A stretch of 64,000 nt of DNA from Saccostrea cucullata. Its lineage: Eukaryota. The notes under the pieces are model-generated. The model did not search any database. It saw only the letters and a program-made list of their open reading frames with translations, and was not told where the DNA came from. The stretch is from the NCBI RefSeq assembly GCF_032062105.1, contig NW_026928692.1, forward strand, positions 248,001 to 312,000, given 5' to 3'. Below are positions 35,565 to 49,600 of the stretch, in pieces. Within the stretch, counting starts at the first letter, position 1; the number at the start of each line of letters is the position of its first letter. Position numbers and translations under genes: made by a program.

Positions 35565-35875
35565 TTCCACAGAGTCTGAGACATCTGTTTTAAAATTTGA
35601 TATCATACTAGAAAGGACATTAATGGTAATCTAACAGTAAAACGTTAACTTAATAAAAAAAGCCATTTTACTTCTACTTTCCTGTCTCAACTTTCCTTGT
35701 ATATGAGGCATTATATTCTTATCACCTGTGTATGGAGTTAATGTATGCCAATAAATTCCATACGCAATAGTTCAACATACGAACACTTTCTAAAACAATT
35801 CAAGCTATTGACAAACAAGCTGATGAAGCAAGCATACCAAAGTCACACTTCAGGTCACCATATTGCAAATTTTGT
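35565..35875 (+). mobile_element. decayed Penelope-like RT C-terminal fragment
   Basis: ccacagagtctgagacatctg (as at 11239) and STYEHFLK..KLLTNKLMKQ. Confidence 0.6.
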
Positions 35876-38018
35876 TGCAGTACCCTTGGTGCTGGCACAA
35901 AGAGATTCTTCACTGCACATGGCCCAAAACATTGTTATATTTAAGGTCAGACGACATGTTCCTCAAAAATATATAATTTTTCATAAGATATTGTCATTGA
36001 AGTATAGGTACTTAAACAAGTTTCCTCACAGAAAATTAGGGTACCTTACCAGGCATTTGGACAAGATATCACAGGGTCATATTTCTTATAAAACCCCTAT
36101 GGGTAATCTTCTGAATTGCCTAAATCATAATTTTTGGTGTACTTATATTTAGAAATGTTTTGAAAACCATTTAGAAATCACAAGAGAATGACAAATATGC
36201 ATATTTTCTTTTATATGATACCAAGAAATACTAAACATATATTTGCGGAACCTGTCGTCTGATCTTAATCTGTGATGAACACCTGGAAGTAGTGGCGTTT
36301 TATACTTGAGTAAACGTTTCCCGAAAGTGACCTTGAATAAAAGAAACAAACAAAAAATTAAAACTGTCAAACAGACAGTGCCTTTTTTTTTTATATTCCA
36401 AATTCAAAAATTCACAAAGGTAAATCGGAAAATTTATTTGGCTTCGAGAAATGTATTTAAAAGTAGCACATAATTCTGTGTACCTAAACATGCTAAACCA
36501 GAGTAAAATGATATTGTTACGGGAAAGAACCAGTTCTTCAATTCTTTATACAGCCAATAAGCCAAATAAAGTAAGGTTACTTTTATTCATAAATCGTTCA
36601 GAAAATGTATATGCTACTTTAATAAAAAATCGCTTTCGCTTTGGATATATGTTTTGTAATGTTTAATTGACTTTTGAGCTCGCATACCGTTTGCTAAACC
36701 CACACATTTCATATATCCCAAAGTTTAGTGCTAGAAAGAAGAAAATAATGTTTCAGTAAATTGTCATAGCTCGTAAATTTTGTCTTTTATTGATGAAAAT
36801 TGAAAAGGCTTGCTAATATTCAACTTGATTTTTCAACAAATTTTATTTAAGATAGAAACCGCATTCAGGAAACAAGATTAATTGTCTATAGTAGAAGTAC
36901 TTTGTAACTTTGACCCACTACATGTTTGTCCTAGCTATCTAAATGTGATATCAATTAAACGTTTTATTGTTCCCATATGCACTCCCCAGAAGGCGGTTAC
37001 CTTGCCATCATGTGATATTACTATACTGAATGACTGAACGGGTGTAATTAATAGAAATGAATTAAACATTAGATATATAGCGAATCAATTAGCGCAAACA
37101 TTAAATTCATGAAGTGAATTTTAGACATGAAGATCCATTGAGTCGATAGAGGGGAAACGTTTATGTAAAATCTTGGAAACTAACACTTCTTATACACGGA
37201 ACATGAAAATCTGTTAACAAAAGTGCTTTTAGATATTGATCCCACCCCTGACGTTTTGGGGTCTGCGATTCCTCTGCTCATTTGTTTAATGGACTTTTGA
37301 ACTTGAACACCGCTCGTTATCTCCATATTTTTCACTTATCAATTACCAAAAGACAAAAGTACGAGGCGTATATATTTGAGGAGACTAAAAAAAAATAATA
37401 TTATATAATAATAAATATACAAAATAAAGAATTTACAGAAATGACTGGTTCATCATATAATCCAGTGATAAAAAATAATTTCTGATTTAATATAAATTAA
37501 AAAAAAAAGATACTTACGGAATTAAGAATCGTCAGAAAGAAGGCTTATGATGAGTAGGTGTGAAATAGTTATTTTTGAACATACACAACTAAGTTTGCTA
37601 TCATAAAATAACACGATAATTTTAGATTGGAATAGTGCTGAGAACATCTATTGAAATCTCAAAACTGATCTCTCCCAGTTTAATTGTAATATTGTAGAAA
37701 GGGTAGAGTTTTTTTTCTTTAAATATGGTTTATTTAATGCTTTCTCTCATGAAAAGTACTAAAGAATTTATTTCCCATAAGAGTGCCATTTCGTCATCGC
37801 GATCGGGTACCATTAACTCTCTGAGAGTAAACAGTTAGGATAACATTAAACCGTTATGTCAGAACGGTGGAGACATTTCAGCAGTTGTTAGCACAGAACG
37901 GCCATCAATGTTAAATAATTAATAACTTTCAGTTATATAAATCAGAGCCTTTGATATAAATCAGAACCTTTGATCACACAAACAATTCTGACGAACTTCA
38001 TTGTTCTGGATATACAAT

Positions 38019-41000
38019 ATGGAAATCTACTTCAACATAGTATTCATTACTGCTGTTTTTGGCGTTACTTTTGCTAAAATAGGCAAAAATTCTAGTTGGA
38101 AGATAAAGAAAACAAATAGAACGGAACTGCCCAGTGATAAAAGAGAGCTTAGAGCTGTTCAGATTCGAGATGTGAAAAAAGAATCACCGTTGAGAAAAAT
38201 CAGGTCATCGGAAGATGGATTAGAAGAAAAATACCCCCAAAATAAGGACCGTATTGAGGTCCGTCAGACCCTGGATAAACTTAACCTAACCAGTGATCTC
38301 TACAACATTCTTCAGGAGGATTATCTGTTTTGTCCAATGTCAAGTCCATGTCTGACACGCCCACGTTTGAATTTTTCGCAGATGTTACCATACCGTCCCT
38401 GTTGTAAGGAGTGCAGCTGCACTGAAGACTGCTACAAGACGGGTACTTGCTGCGCGGACATCGAAACACCAAAATCTTCCATAGACTGTATAATACCACA
38501 ATATCTTCCGTATGGAAGGTCCTTGGTCAACAATACAATTCAAATTAAAATGGTGACCATGTGTAAACACAATTTTGCTGGAAAGGACATGAAAGATTTG
38601 TGTGAGAGACCTAATGTGGGACTGAAATCAATTGACAAGTTTTTGCCGGTATTTGCTAGTGGTAATGCCTATCGGAACCGCTTCTGTGCGCTCTGTAATG
38701 ACGTATCTATTTCTAATATCATACCATTTCGAGGACAAGTCGCTTGTCCCAACGCCACGGGAGTGTACGCTAGCTCTGTTTCGAATCTTTTACAATCTCT
38801 TGAAGAAGAAAGACGATGTAACCTTTTGTTTTATTTGCCACCACAAGCAATGCGTTTCGTTACTGATCTTAGATGTGATATTGGGTTTATCAGAGAATGT
38901 AATGTAACAGGGAAATGGCGTCACTATGACCCCACTGTTGAGCGTGCGTGCACATCCTATACACATATCTATCGTACTATGTACAGAAATGTCCACTGTT
39001 ACATGTGTAACAATGAAGATACTCCATTTATGAAGTGTTCCCATAGAGATCTTCAACCAGAAACAGGGTTTACAATGGGAGCCTTCACCGCCATGTTACA
39101 ATTCTCTTCAGATGTTCAGAATGAAGACATTGAAAGCCTGGACAACAATCAATGTCAACAAAACGAAATAAAAGATGTTTTAAGGGTAATATGAATTGTA
39201 TTTCTTAGCATCTTTGTCACTTTTATTTGTGTTTTGTTGTGATGTTTTGTTAAAAACTAAACGAATATTATTTGGTATTCAGTTTGACCTCTGAAGTATT
39301 CCTTTTACCCCTGTTCATGGATGTTTCAGTAGAAAAATAAAAGACAAATGTAGCGATATTAGCAAAAGCATTGTTTCGATTGTAGTTTATATGCCTCTTG
39401 TCATTGTAAGAGCAGAAATTTTGTGCATTTACATGTGACTTTTGCAATCGTATCATCACGGTCTCAGCGCATCAAACACATCACAAAACAAACTTACCTT
39501 ATTGAAGTTATTCCTATGGCAGGCTGTATCTTACTTTCTCAAACCTCTCTTTTGTAGAATGTGTGCGTTCGTCCCAGATGTTCCATTCCTTTCTCGTTTG
39601 ACGGCAGAACAAGAACATGCTCCAAAGTGTTTGAAGATAGAATTACCGTATATGAATTATTTTTGCTTGTAACAAGCAAAGCCTCATTCCGAACAGACTT
39701 GGTACAACCGTTTATAACAGATTATCTAAGTAGTGGATCCTCTTTTCACTTGATGTACCAAAGACTTTTCGAAGTCGATTTTAAGAATTCCACAATCTCT
39801 ACACACACGATATTTCACATGTTATTCAGGGGAAATGATTCATCTCAACAAATACACCATGTTCTTGGAACTGCTGAGTATCTGAAGAAAGTTTTTAGAG
39901 AAATAACAAAAGCTGAAATTCTTACGGGACAGGCTTACAGTGATTTCTCCAACTTAAGCACCTACTTCTTCCCTTACGACGGACAGCGCCTTCGAGAAAA
40001 AAACACTAGTATTGATGATTTAATCCCTCCCAGTGATTTCCGTGATACATTATCAAACAGAGTTTCAAGATTATTAATTTGTCCTTTCATAACACTCGAA
40101 AACTACACCACCATTTTAAAGAAGAACACTTATGAGCTCTGTGTTTTGGAGTTGAATGTCTGCTTTGAACAGATGGAATTCAGGGATACAAACGGTACCT
40201 ACTCAGTCTGTATTGAGAAATTCGTGAAAAGGATGAATGATTTATCATTAAAGACGGCGTCCACACTTTCAGACCGTGACGATGTCGAGGGGGTCCTTTC
40301 ACTTGCCAGTACATGTATCTCTGTCGTGAGTCTGCTCTATGTTATAGTGACGTTCACATTGTTTAGTTCTTTGAGAACTTTTCCGGGAAAGTTGATTCTT
40401 GCGCTCTCTCTCAGCCTTTTAGTTGCCCACCTCCTGTACCAGTTTGGTTTGTTCCAAACTGACTACCCCATCGTTTGTAAAAGCCTGGGCATCTTGATTC
40501 ATTTCTTCTGGCTGTCGGTCATTTACTGGATGAATGTGTCTTGTTTCCACATGGTATCTGTCTTTACTCGAACCTTTGCACAAGAGCTTAACACCAAGTC
40601 CAGATTCCTAAGCTACACAGCTTATGTTTATCTTAGCTCCTTCTTCTTTGTGATTATCAATGTGGTTACGAGTCATTTCAGGAAAGCTGGACTAGGATAT
40701 GGCGGTAATATTTGTTGGATTTCTAGTTCGGATATGGTTGGATACGTTTTTGCGTTACCTCTTGGCGTTGTCTTATTGTCAAACTTTATTATGTTTGTAG
40801 TCGTCGTCGTTTTCTTCCACAGACGACCTAACCTCCAAGGAAGGAAAAATCGTGATCGGGACGACTTCCTTATCTTTATCAAACTGACGAGCATAACTGG
40901 GGTCTCTTGGGCGTTTGGATTCCTTTTCGAATGGTTCCGCGTGAAGGTGTTCTCCTATCTATTTATAGTATTTACTGGATGTCAAGGCTTGTTTCTAATG

Positions 41001-41165
41001 ATTTCTTTCTCCTGTAATTCACGTGTGTTAAAACTTTACTCATCTGCTGTCAAGGGTTCAGGCAATAGATCCAACTCCTCTTCTATGTACCAACTAACAC
41101 GTCCGTCTAAAGATTCAAGTCGTAACACCCATCAAACGTCCACTTCGACGTCTCAGAGGACGTAA
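38019..41165 (+). CDS. Cys-rich family-B-like (Methuselah/adhesion-like) 7TM receptor, two exons (38019-39185, 39558-41165), about 924 aa
   Basis: Signal peptide MEIYFNIVFITAVFGVTFA; somatomedin-B-like CSCTEDCYKTGTCCAD; two YRNxxCxxCN repeats; phase-0 GT-AG intron; seven hydrophobic segments with LRTFPGK, C..LGILIHFFWLS..WM, GYGGNICWI, GVSWAFGF, QGLF. Confidence 0.88.
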
Positions 41166-41289
41166 TCTACGAAACACCATTACACTTCACATCGTACATT
41201 TGCATGTTGGGAAGAGAACTTTAGCAAAATCTTCAAATGAACAAAGCAAAAAAAACTATATATTCCCGCCTTACTGTTTTAGCATTCAT

Positions 41290-41650
41290 TTATACAGGAA
41301 TCTACGAATATTCCATCATCACCTGCAAATCGACTTTATGTCTCTGTTTGATTCGAAAGGCAAGACGTACTGTTTCTGAATCGAAGAGAGCTACTGACAA
41401 ATAAGAACAAGGATATCCACATTCTTGTTTAAAATCAATATTTCGCAAATTCTATTGTCAACACTCAGCAAATAGTCAAGCACTGATTGACATTTTTCAT
41501 AAAAGCCTCATTTTATACAGCATTGTCTGTGGATTTTTCCATTTACATGATCATGCATGACAAGCAAACGGAAGGTGTGACTGGTCAGTGGGAATGCCTG
41601 GTCCTCCATGGCACCTGATCCCACCTTTGATGTTTTATAAGAGGTCCGTT
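41290..41650 (+). mobile_element. decayed Penelope-like 3' fragment
   Basis: NIPSSPA-like remnant and ggtgtgactggtcag..ctccatggcacctgatcccacct motif. Confidence 0.6.
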
Positions 41651-42091
41651 ACATGCAAGTTCAATAGACTTTTAAGCATGATAACTGATGTATTAACTGC
41701 TGTCAATACCATTCATATAAGGCCCTAAAACTGGATTTGTTAGGCCTTAGTAAAAACAAAACAATATTTTACATAATTTAATCAATAATTTACCAATAAA
41801 CAATAATTATCACAGATTGGTATGCACGGATCAAGATTTTTTTTTTGGTTTTATTCTTACTTTAAATTGCATTTCTCATTTGTTTATGACATGACAATAA
41901 ATTTGCGGTCATTAGACAAACCTGTGTTTATACAATGATAAGTAACTGCTATCTGAATTGTTATACAGTTTGTATATATTTTTATGAGTATTTATTATGT
42001 CTAATTTGTATCTTGAATCAAATGATTTCAATTCTTTTCTCAATTTCAAGATAAAAGAAATCTTAAATATAGTATCAATTATTCACCAATA

Positions 42092-42269
42092 TACTGTAAA
42101 TCACTTTTTATTCGCGAGAACTTTATTTTCGCATAATTAAACGGTAGAAATCGCATATAATAGAAAATATAGCAATGACCACAATTCGTGAAAATTTTGT
42201 TTCGCTAATAAAGAGTCGATGACTATCTCTCGAAAATAAGGTGTCGCGAAAATTAAGTGATTTACAGTA
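42092..42269. mobile_element. Tc1/pogo-type MITE
   Basis: Terminal tactgtaaatcactt / aagtgatttacagta with TA ends and internal tcgcga-type repeats. Confidence 0.75.
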
Positions 42270-43657
42270 AACTAACAGTAATTAATTCTAAGTTGGAATA
42301 AAATTGTTAACATTTTAAAGAATAACTTTTTCTTTAAAAACAGTAAATATATACAAAAAGAATTAAAAAAACATTTATTCAAGGTTAATTCAATTCTCCT
42401 GAGTTTGGCTTCATTCAAAATACTGCTGTTCTTGCATAGCTCTTGACACTGCACAACATACTGCAGTGTGTTTTAAAAATCTAATAAAATTCAGTAAAAA
42501 ACAGATGAAAAAATACGAACCCTTCGGACAAAATTTTGAAATCTCAATTGAAATCAGGAAGGGTTTCTTTCGATGTCTGCCAATAAAATGAAGCTGAATT
42601 ACAGATTTCTTTGGTTTCTCTTCCTTAGATATGCAGAATTTAAAAAAAATGAATAAAAGTTGCTTATAAAACCATTTTTCACATGATACTATTCAGTAAA
42701 CATATCTAACTGATAAAATGTGATATATAAAATAAAAAATATAAACATTGATTCTAACAGAAATCTTATTAAGATGGGCATTTAAGTACTGAACACTGAA
42801 ATACAATTTGAAATTCCACCAGATATTTATTATACAAGTGCAATCTTGAAAGTTTGGCAAAGAAACAAATGAACAATAAGTAAACTAAGATTACCCTTAA
42901 ACAAAACTTAAGCCAACAATTTCAAAGAATTAACAATTTGAATAACAGAAATTATTTATTAATTTTATCAATAATCGTATCAATTGTTTATTATGGGTCA
43001 ATTCAATCAAGTGGCCTTGATGCCTATAAGCACTTTAATTAATTAATGGTTTTCCATTTAAAGCTTTCCATGATAATCAACGATGGTCAGACTCGAATGA
43101 TACAGTGTGTGAAGTAACAAACAATAACAATTCATTGAGTTCCCTTGTGTGGTGAGATAACAAGTGATAAAATACAACACAGTAAAGCCAATGACTTCTG
43201 ATACATAACCATATACTTCAATGATTGTATTTTTGATATGAATTGTTCCCTGCATTAATGCAGAAGAGTTTATAAAATGACTTAAAATGGACCATAAAAA
43301 TTCAATGTATTATGATGATGAACACAAAGAAATTCAGTTTTTTTTAGGTCTTGATATCAAAGGCCTGGGTCTTTTCAAGATTGGGAAATTCCAAAAAAAC
43401 ATTCCTTAAAAGAAAAGAGGTGGGAATGTTAATGATGTCATCTAATCCATGGCATAGCTGAGGGACATTTTATAGTTCTCTGTTTTATGTATAACTCAAG
43501 CAAGACAAGTAAGATATCTCATGGTAACCAGATAATGATATTCAAATTAATATTCTTTCTCTATCAAAGTATTTTCCATGTTTTCTGTCTATCAACATGC
43601 CAAAATAATACATATCTTGATTAAAAGCCTAGGGATACATTCTACATTTACAGACTT

Positions 43658-46600
43658 CTAAATTCCAAGGTAAGTTCCTGACTCCGATCGTGTATCATTA
43701 GGAGTCCATATTGCAATCTTTCCATCACTACTGCCAGAACCACTCAGAATATAACGATTCTCGGCATTACAAAGGGAGCGAACTGCATCATCATGCGCCT
43801 GCAGTGATCGAAAGGCTTTCTTTGTGTCACAATTTATTATGAAAATTCTGCCATCTTTGGATCCTGCCCAAATCTGCAAAAATATACAAGTCATAAGTGA
43901 AATTAAATAAATTCAAATGTACATAATTCCTTGAATTACTGTTAAAGTGGAAATTTTATGTTGAAAAAACTTTGTTGATTTTAGATCTAAAATGATTTTA
44001 TAGTTACTTAATTTTGAAGTTTTAAAAATAATCAAATATTTACTACATGTGTAGTTCTAGGAAAATACTTTTTTAGGAATTAAACCTGTTATTTCATAAG
44101 TAAATATTAACAATAAAACAAGAGGCCCACGGGCCTTATAGGTCACCTGAGTATTGTGTAACAACTTTCAAACAATTAAATTTGGTTCGTGTTTTAAACC
44201 AGAGGCCATGAAATTCAAAATTCACAATTTTGAAAGAGGCACCATTGCTTATCATAATTATAAACTTAGCATGCTTACTCTATTTACTTAATACCCAGAG
44301 GTAGATCATAGTAACAAAGAGAAAATGCACTTCCACTTTATACCCAGTTGTGCACCTCACCCCAAAGGAAACACTGACCCAGGGGCCATATATTTCAAAA
44401 AATTGCAAATTTTATCATAAAATAGTTGCTTAATACCAAAGAGCAGATTTCAAAGCATTTTCAGACTATGTGACCCCCCCCTCCCCCACCCAGGGGGCAT
44501 ATAAAACCAATTTGCTAGATGCACCTTTCTTCATCATAAATATATATACTTGGATCATTGGCATAAAACCCATAAGCAAAGGAAAATATTTTCAAAGAAC
44601 TAATGTATATATATATTAGAGCCCCATATCTAACACCAGAACCCTTAACCCTGGGGCCATAAAATTCACAATTTTGGAAGAGGCACTCTTGCTCATCATA
44701 ACGATGTACTTAGTTAGTTTATTTAATACCCAGAAGCAGAGAAGAAGATTTTCAAAGAATAATGCATTTTCACTATATACAGCCCCGCCCTAACACCAGA
44801 ACCCCTGACCCTGGGGCCATAAAATTCACAATTTTGGAAGAGGCAATCTTGCTCATCATAACGATGTACTTAGTTAGTTTATTTAATACCCAGTAGCAGA
44901 GTAGAAGATTTTCAAAGAATTAATGATTTTCACTAAATAATCAATAGAGCCCTGCCCTAACACCAGAACTCCTGACCCTAATGATAAATTTAAATCATAT
45001 ACCCCCATCATAACTAACTGTTAGTTTATTTAAACATATTAGAAGTAAACCTTTCAAAGAAAGATCATTGTATAATATTAATCCATTAAACAAAGCATAA
45101 TCAAAATTTTGGTAAAGGACTCAATGCTCATTATATTCATGCCAACAGTTTGCCTGCTTGATGTCCAGGAGTAAAGAAGAAGATTTTTAAAGATTGCAAT
45201 AATTTTAGTGGTTTTGGCCCCACCCCTCAGGCCCCAGGGGGGCGGGGCCCATGAAATTCACAATTTTTGTTCCCCTTCACCCATAGATGCTTTATGTAAA
45301 ATTTGGTGGAAATTGGTTGAGTGGTTGCAGAGAATAAGTTGAAAATGTTCAAATGTTAACACACGACGAACGACGACGGATGAAATCGGATAGCAATAGG
45401 TCACCTGAGTTTACTCAGGTGACCTAATAATAAAACGCTAATCCCAAAAATATATTTCTGCTTTTACAGTATATGCATTTATACATGTATTTCCTACATT
45501 AATTTACCCTTCCCCAAAAAATAAATGAAGAAAAAGGCTTCTATATCCTTACCCTTCTATCTTGGATAACCATATCACTGATTCCTCTACAGTCCAACTT
45601 GAGTCTGTGTGATGGCTCTTCTTTTCCATCCACTTCCCAAATTACAATTTCTCCTCCTCTCCTACATCCGGCCCAAATCTGCACATGACAAAATTTGAAT
45701 TTAATACATTGTCATGCATCTTGTATATTTATCAGTAAATCATCATATTCTTGGCTATTACCTCATCTTTTTCATCAGCGTATTCTGCCTTAACAATCAG
45801 AAAACAGTCCATCTCCACCGGTCTAAACTTTGGATCCTCCACTGAGAACTCAAGTTCCTGAATAATCTGACCACTTCCATTGACTCTTAGAATTCTCTGC
45901 CAGGTTCCTGCAAAAATTAGAGAAAAACCATTAATATTGTAAGTCTAATTACTTGTTAAATTTGGTCCTCAGTCATTTCTCTATCATAATATGCTTCCGG
46001 CATACTGTAAGTCGTTTTAATTCCACAGTGTTAAAATTTCACGATATCTGAAGAAAACCTAATTGCAATGGTTTTAATTTCACGCTGCAAGAAATAAATT
46101 TAAAATTTGGTATAAACATTAAAACGATTTTTAAAAATTATCATAACATTCAAGATGGGTTTAATTTCGCGGAAAAATGATAAATCATGAACACAGCAAA
46201 ATTAAAACCATCGCAATTATTTACCAACCTACAGTAATCAATTTTATAATTTATTTTAATCTTAAATAGTGCCCCATTAAAATATTTTCAAAAGATTTTT
46301 CCGGAATGGCGGGCTTGATCTTACCACACCAGATGTGTTCGTCGTAATACTTGATGCTGCGTAGATCTCGTACATTCTCCAGTCGTATCGGGCGGCTGGG
46401 CCTGAGTCAGTTTTTGTACGTCCCACTTCATTATCACCCCATCAATGCTGGCAGTAAAGGCATACCTACAAAGAGGGAACAAAGATTATTTTATGCCTCA
46501 CTAAGAAATGTCCAATTAGCTTAAATCAATAACTTCCTAGCTAAAACTGCTGATATTTACAATGGTTTAAAATGGTTTATAAAGCGTAAACTAACCACAC

Positions 46601-49600
46601 CCAGGTTAAAATGTATAACTTGGGTAGCTATTAACGACGTTCGATCCTGATATTTAAAGTCTTAAACTTTTTTTGCCAAGTATATTTTTAGTTTCTATAT
46701 TCATTGCTTAATTAAAATTCAAATCAAAAAATGGAGGTCAATGCACTTCTTTTGGTGCTACAGTACATTTAATTTGACCTTTTTGCACTGAAATTTGTGT
46801 CTTAATTAAAAATAATATTTTTGACGTTTTCCCTCCAATATTTTTATCCAATTAAAGCATGAAACAAAATGAACTCTAAGTTTGTTTAAAAAAAGACACT
46901 TAAAAATTGTGACTAAGAAAAAGTTTTAAATTGCTTCGCATAATCAATTATTTGACCTTTCTGCACTAATAAAAAGTGATTTTTCTGGCATTGAAAATTT
47001 AATAAGCCAAAAAATTATTTTAAAGTCTTAAACTTTTTCTGATTCTAAGCAAATAGGACAAATTTATCTTGAATATTTAGAAAAGAACATTATATATGTA
47101 AATTTTCAGATATTACTAAAAAAGTGTCAATTTTACGTTAAAATTGGCTAAATTTCCCCCCGGATTTTCAGAATATATTTACTATATTTGTCACACTTTG
47201 TTGATAGAATTCATAAGAAATAATTTAATTAATAGATACGAGGGGTGATCAAAAAGTTCCCAAACTATCTCTATATCTACAAAACCACAATTCAGATTAG
47301 AATGAAATTCGGTACACACATAGCCATACACAAGGTCTATAAATAGCATATGCTGAATAAAGTTTATGTCCTTGTTTGTGACGTCACAGTGTGAAAATGA
47401 CGTCACTATTTAGGTCACTTGTGACGAAAAATTCTTGCCAGGAACTCATTCCAAACGAAAAATTTATTGTAATAAAAATCCCTCTACAGTATCATATAAT
47501 AATTTGTACACAGTTTATTGAGATAAATGAGTTCCTATAAATTCAATTAATGATTGGATTAATCGTTTTAGTGAAGGAAGGCTGATGGTTAAAAATATAC
47601 TGTCATCTTGCCCACTGAAAGCAATTTTGTATTTTTAATTAAGCAATTTGCTATCAAAGACCTCAAATTAGCACTTTGAAAAATAGTTGAATATTTGAAC
47701 AATAATATAAGTATTAAATACTGAAGATATCATTTACTTTAGATTTTAAACATATTAGATATGATAAAAAGGATGCAGCCATTCTCTATCCACCTTGAAT
47801 AAAGGTCTCTCCTGAGACAGAAGATTTGTGTTTTAATGGTCGCCATGCTTATTTTTGGAAAGGATGTTATTATCCACCCATTCTGTTGCCAAGATATGAC
47901 CATTTCTGACAAATTAACTGTTCTTGTCATAAAAATTAACTCACATGGAGAGAAATATAAAACTCAGAAAAATCTTTTAACTTTTGTGACAGAACGCTAC
48001 GGAGGGGGTCACGTGAGCCAATATCACGTGATTCGGGCATGCGCAGAACGGTGGTTGATGGGCATTAAAATCGGGGAGGATTAATTTAAAATATAATCAA
48101 CATTAAAACCAAATATTGTTTCTTGTATGGAAGTTATTCAATTAGTTTGCGAACTTTTTGATCACCCCTCATATTTCAGAACCAGCATAACACATTTAAC
48201 TGCAAAAAACAGCTTTTTGTGCAACCAGGAAGGAAAAATAGGAATCCAAAATTAACAATACTGTTATAATTCAAAATGGAAAAACAGATCATTTACAATG
48301 GTTTAAAATGGTTCACAAAATATATTACATAAATGGAATTTACCCATGAATATCCATTTGATGCTAGAACTTAAAAATGATGCAGAATTTTATAAATATG
48401 ACCAAATTACAAAATTGGGTAGCTATTAAATTCATTCCTTAAGTATATATATAAAATCAAAACAAGTTTTAATACCTTCCGTCATCAATGGAGACGATAT
48501 CCATGACGATTTCTTGGTGGTCCATCAGAGTCTTATTACTGCGGATTGTCTCGATGTCAATGATAAATATTCCATATGACCCCGCCCACACGTGCTTCCT
48601 GTCCACCGCTACTAGACATGTCTACCAAACAAAAGAATATTATAATTACATATCGTCAGTTAGATAAATAAACCTAACATAAACATGTTTCACATAAAAA
48701 TGTTGAGAAGTCAGCACTTGAACACACATTTAATCTAAATACCTAAAATATCATTAAACAAAATAGATAATTTAGAAAGCTTTTTCTCCACTAAAATCTA
48801 AATTTGATTAAGTTAGCTAAATTAAAAGATATTCTTCATTAGATATACAAAATTTTAACCCTTGATTGACCTATAGAAGCACATAATTAAATCGGATATA
48901 CATTTGTAAATGGTTGAATCAAGAGGTTTCCAAAAAGAAGTAATGCCGCAATCATAATAAAAAGGTTTACAGACCACATACATACAATATATACATGTAC
49001 TAGTACAAAAAGAGAGAATCGACAAAGGTCACAACAGCTCTCTTTGTAAAGGTGAGTTTCAAACATATGCATGCAAATTATACAATTTATATCGATTACA
49101 AAATTCTAAATTCATAACTATAAAAATGTTAATTTGTTGCACTATTTCTAATGCCCATTCATAAGTCATATGTGAAAAGGCAAGCAAAAGCTGTTTCAGA
49201 CATGCTATCTAAAGATTGATACAAAATATCATTGCAATCATGTGATGTCCAGTATTTGCTTGAAAACTCATGCCAACATGCAATTCACATAAGCAGTTCC
49301 ATTGGCCCTAAAATGTCAACAAGACCACACTCAAGCTGATAAAAAAAATCTGGAAGAGAAAATGGCCACTGACCTCCACAGTCACTTGGGTTACTACTGG
49401 TGTGATGAAATAGAACCCCCCCTTTTTTTTTTAAATTAAAAGTAGTTTTAGACTACTTTAATCAAAACATGAGGCCCATGGGCCACAATGTTCAAATGAG
49501 TCACCATGAACCTGCAATTCTTCATTATCAGATTAAAAAATAAAACTCTATATTTTCATAAAAAAATTAAAATTGTATAGAGGATATTCAATGTTTTGTA

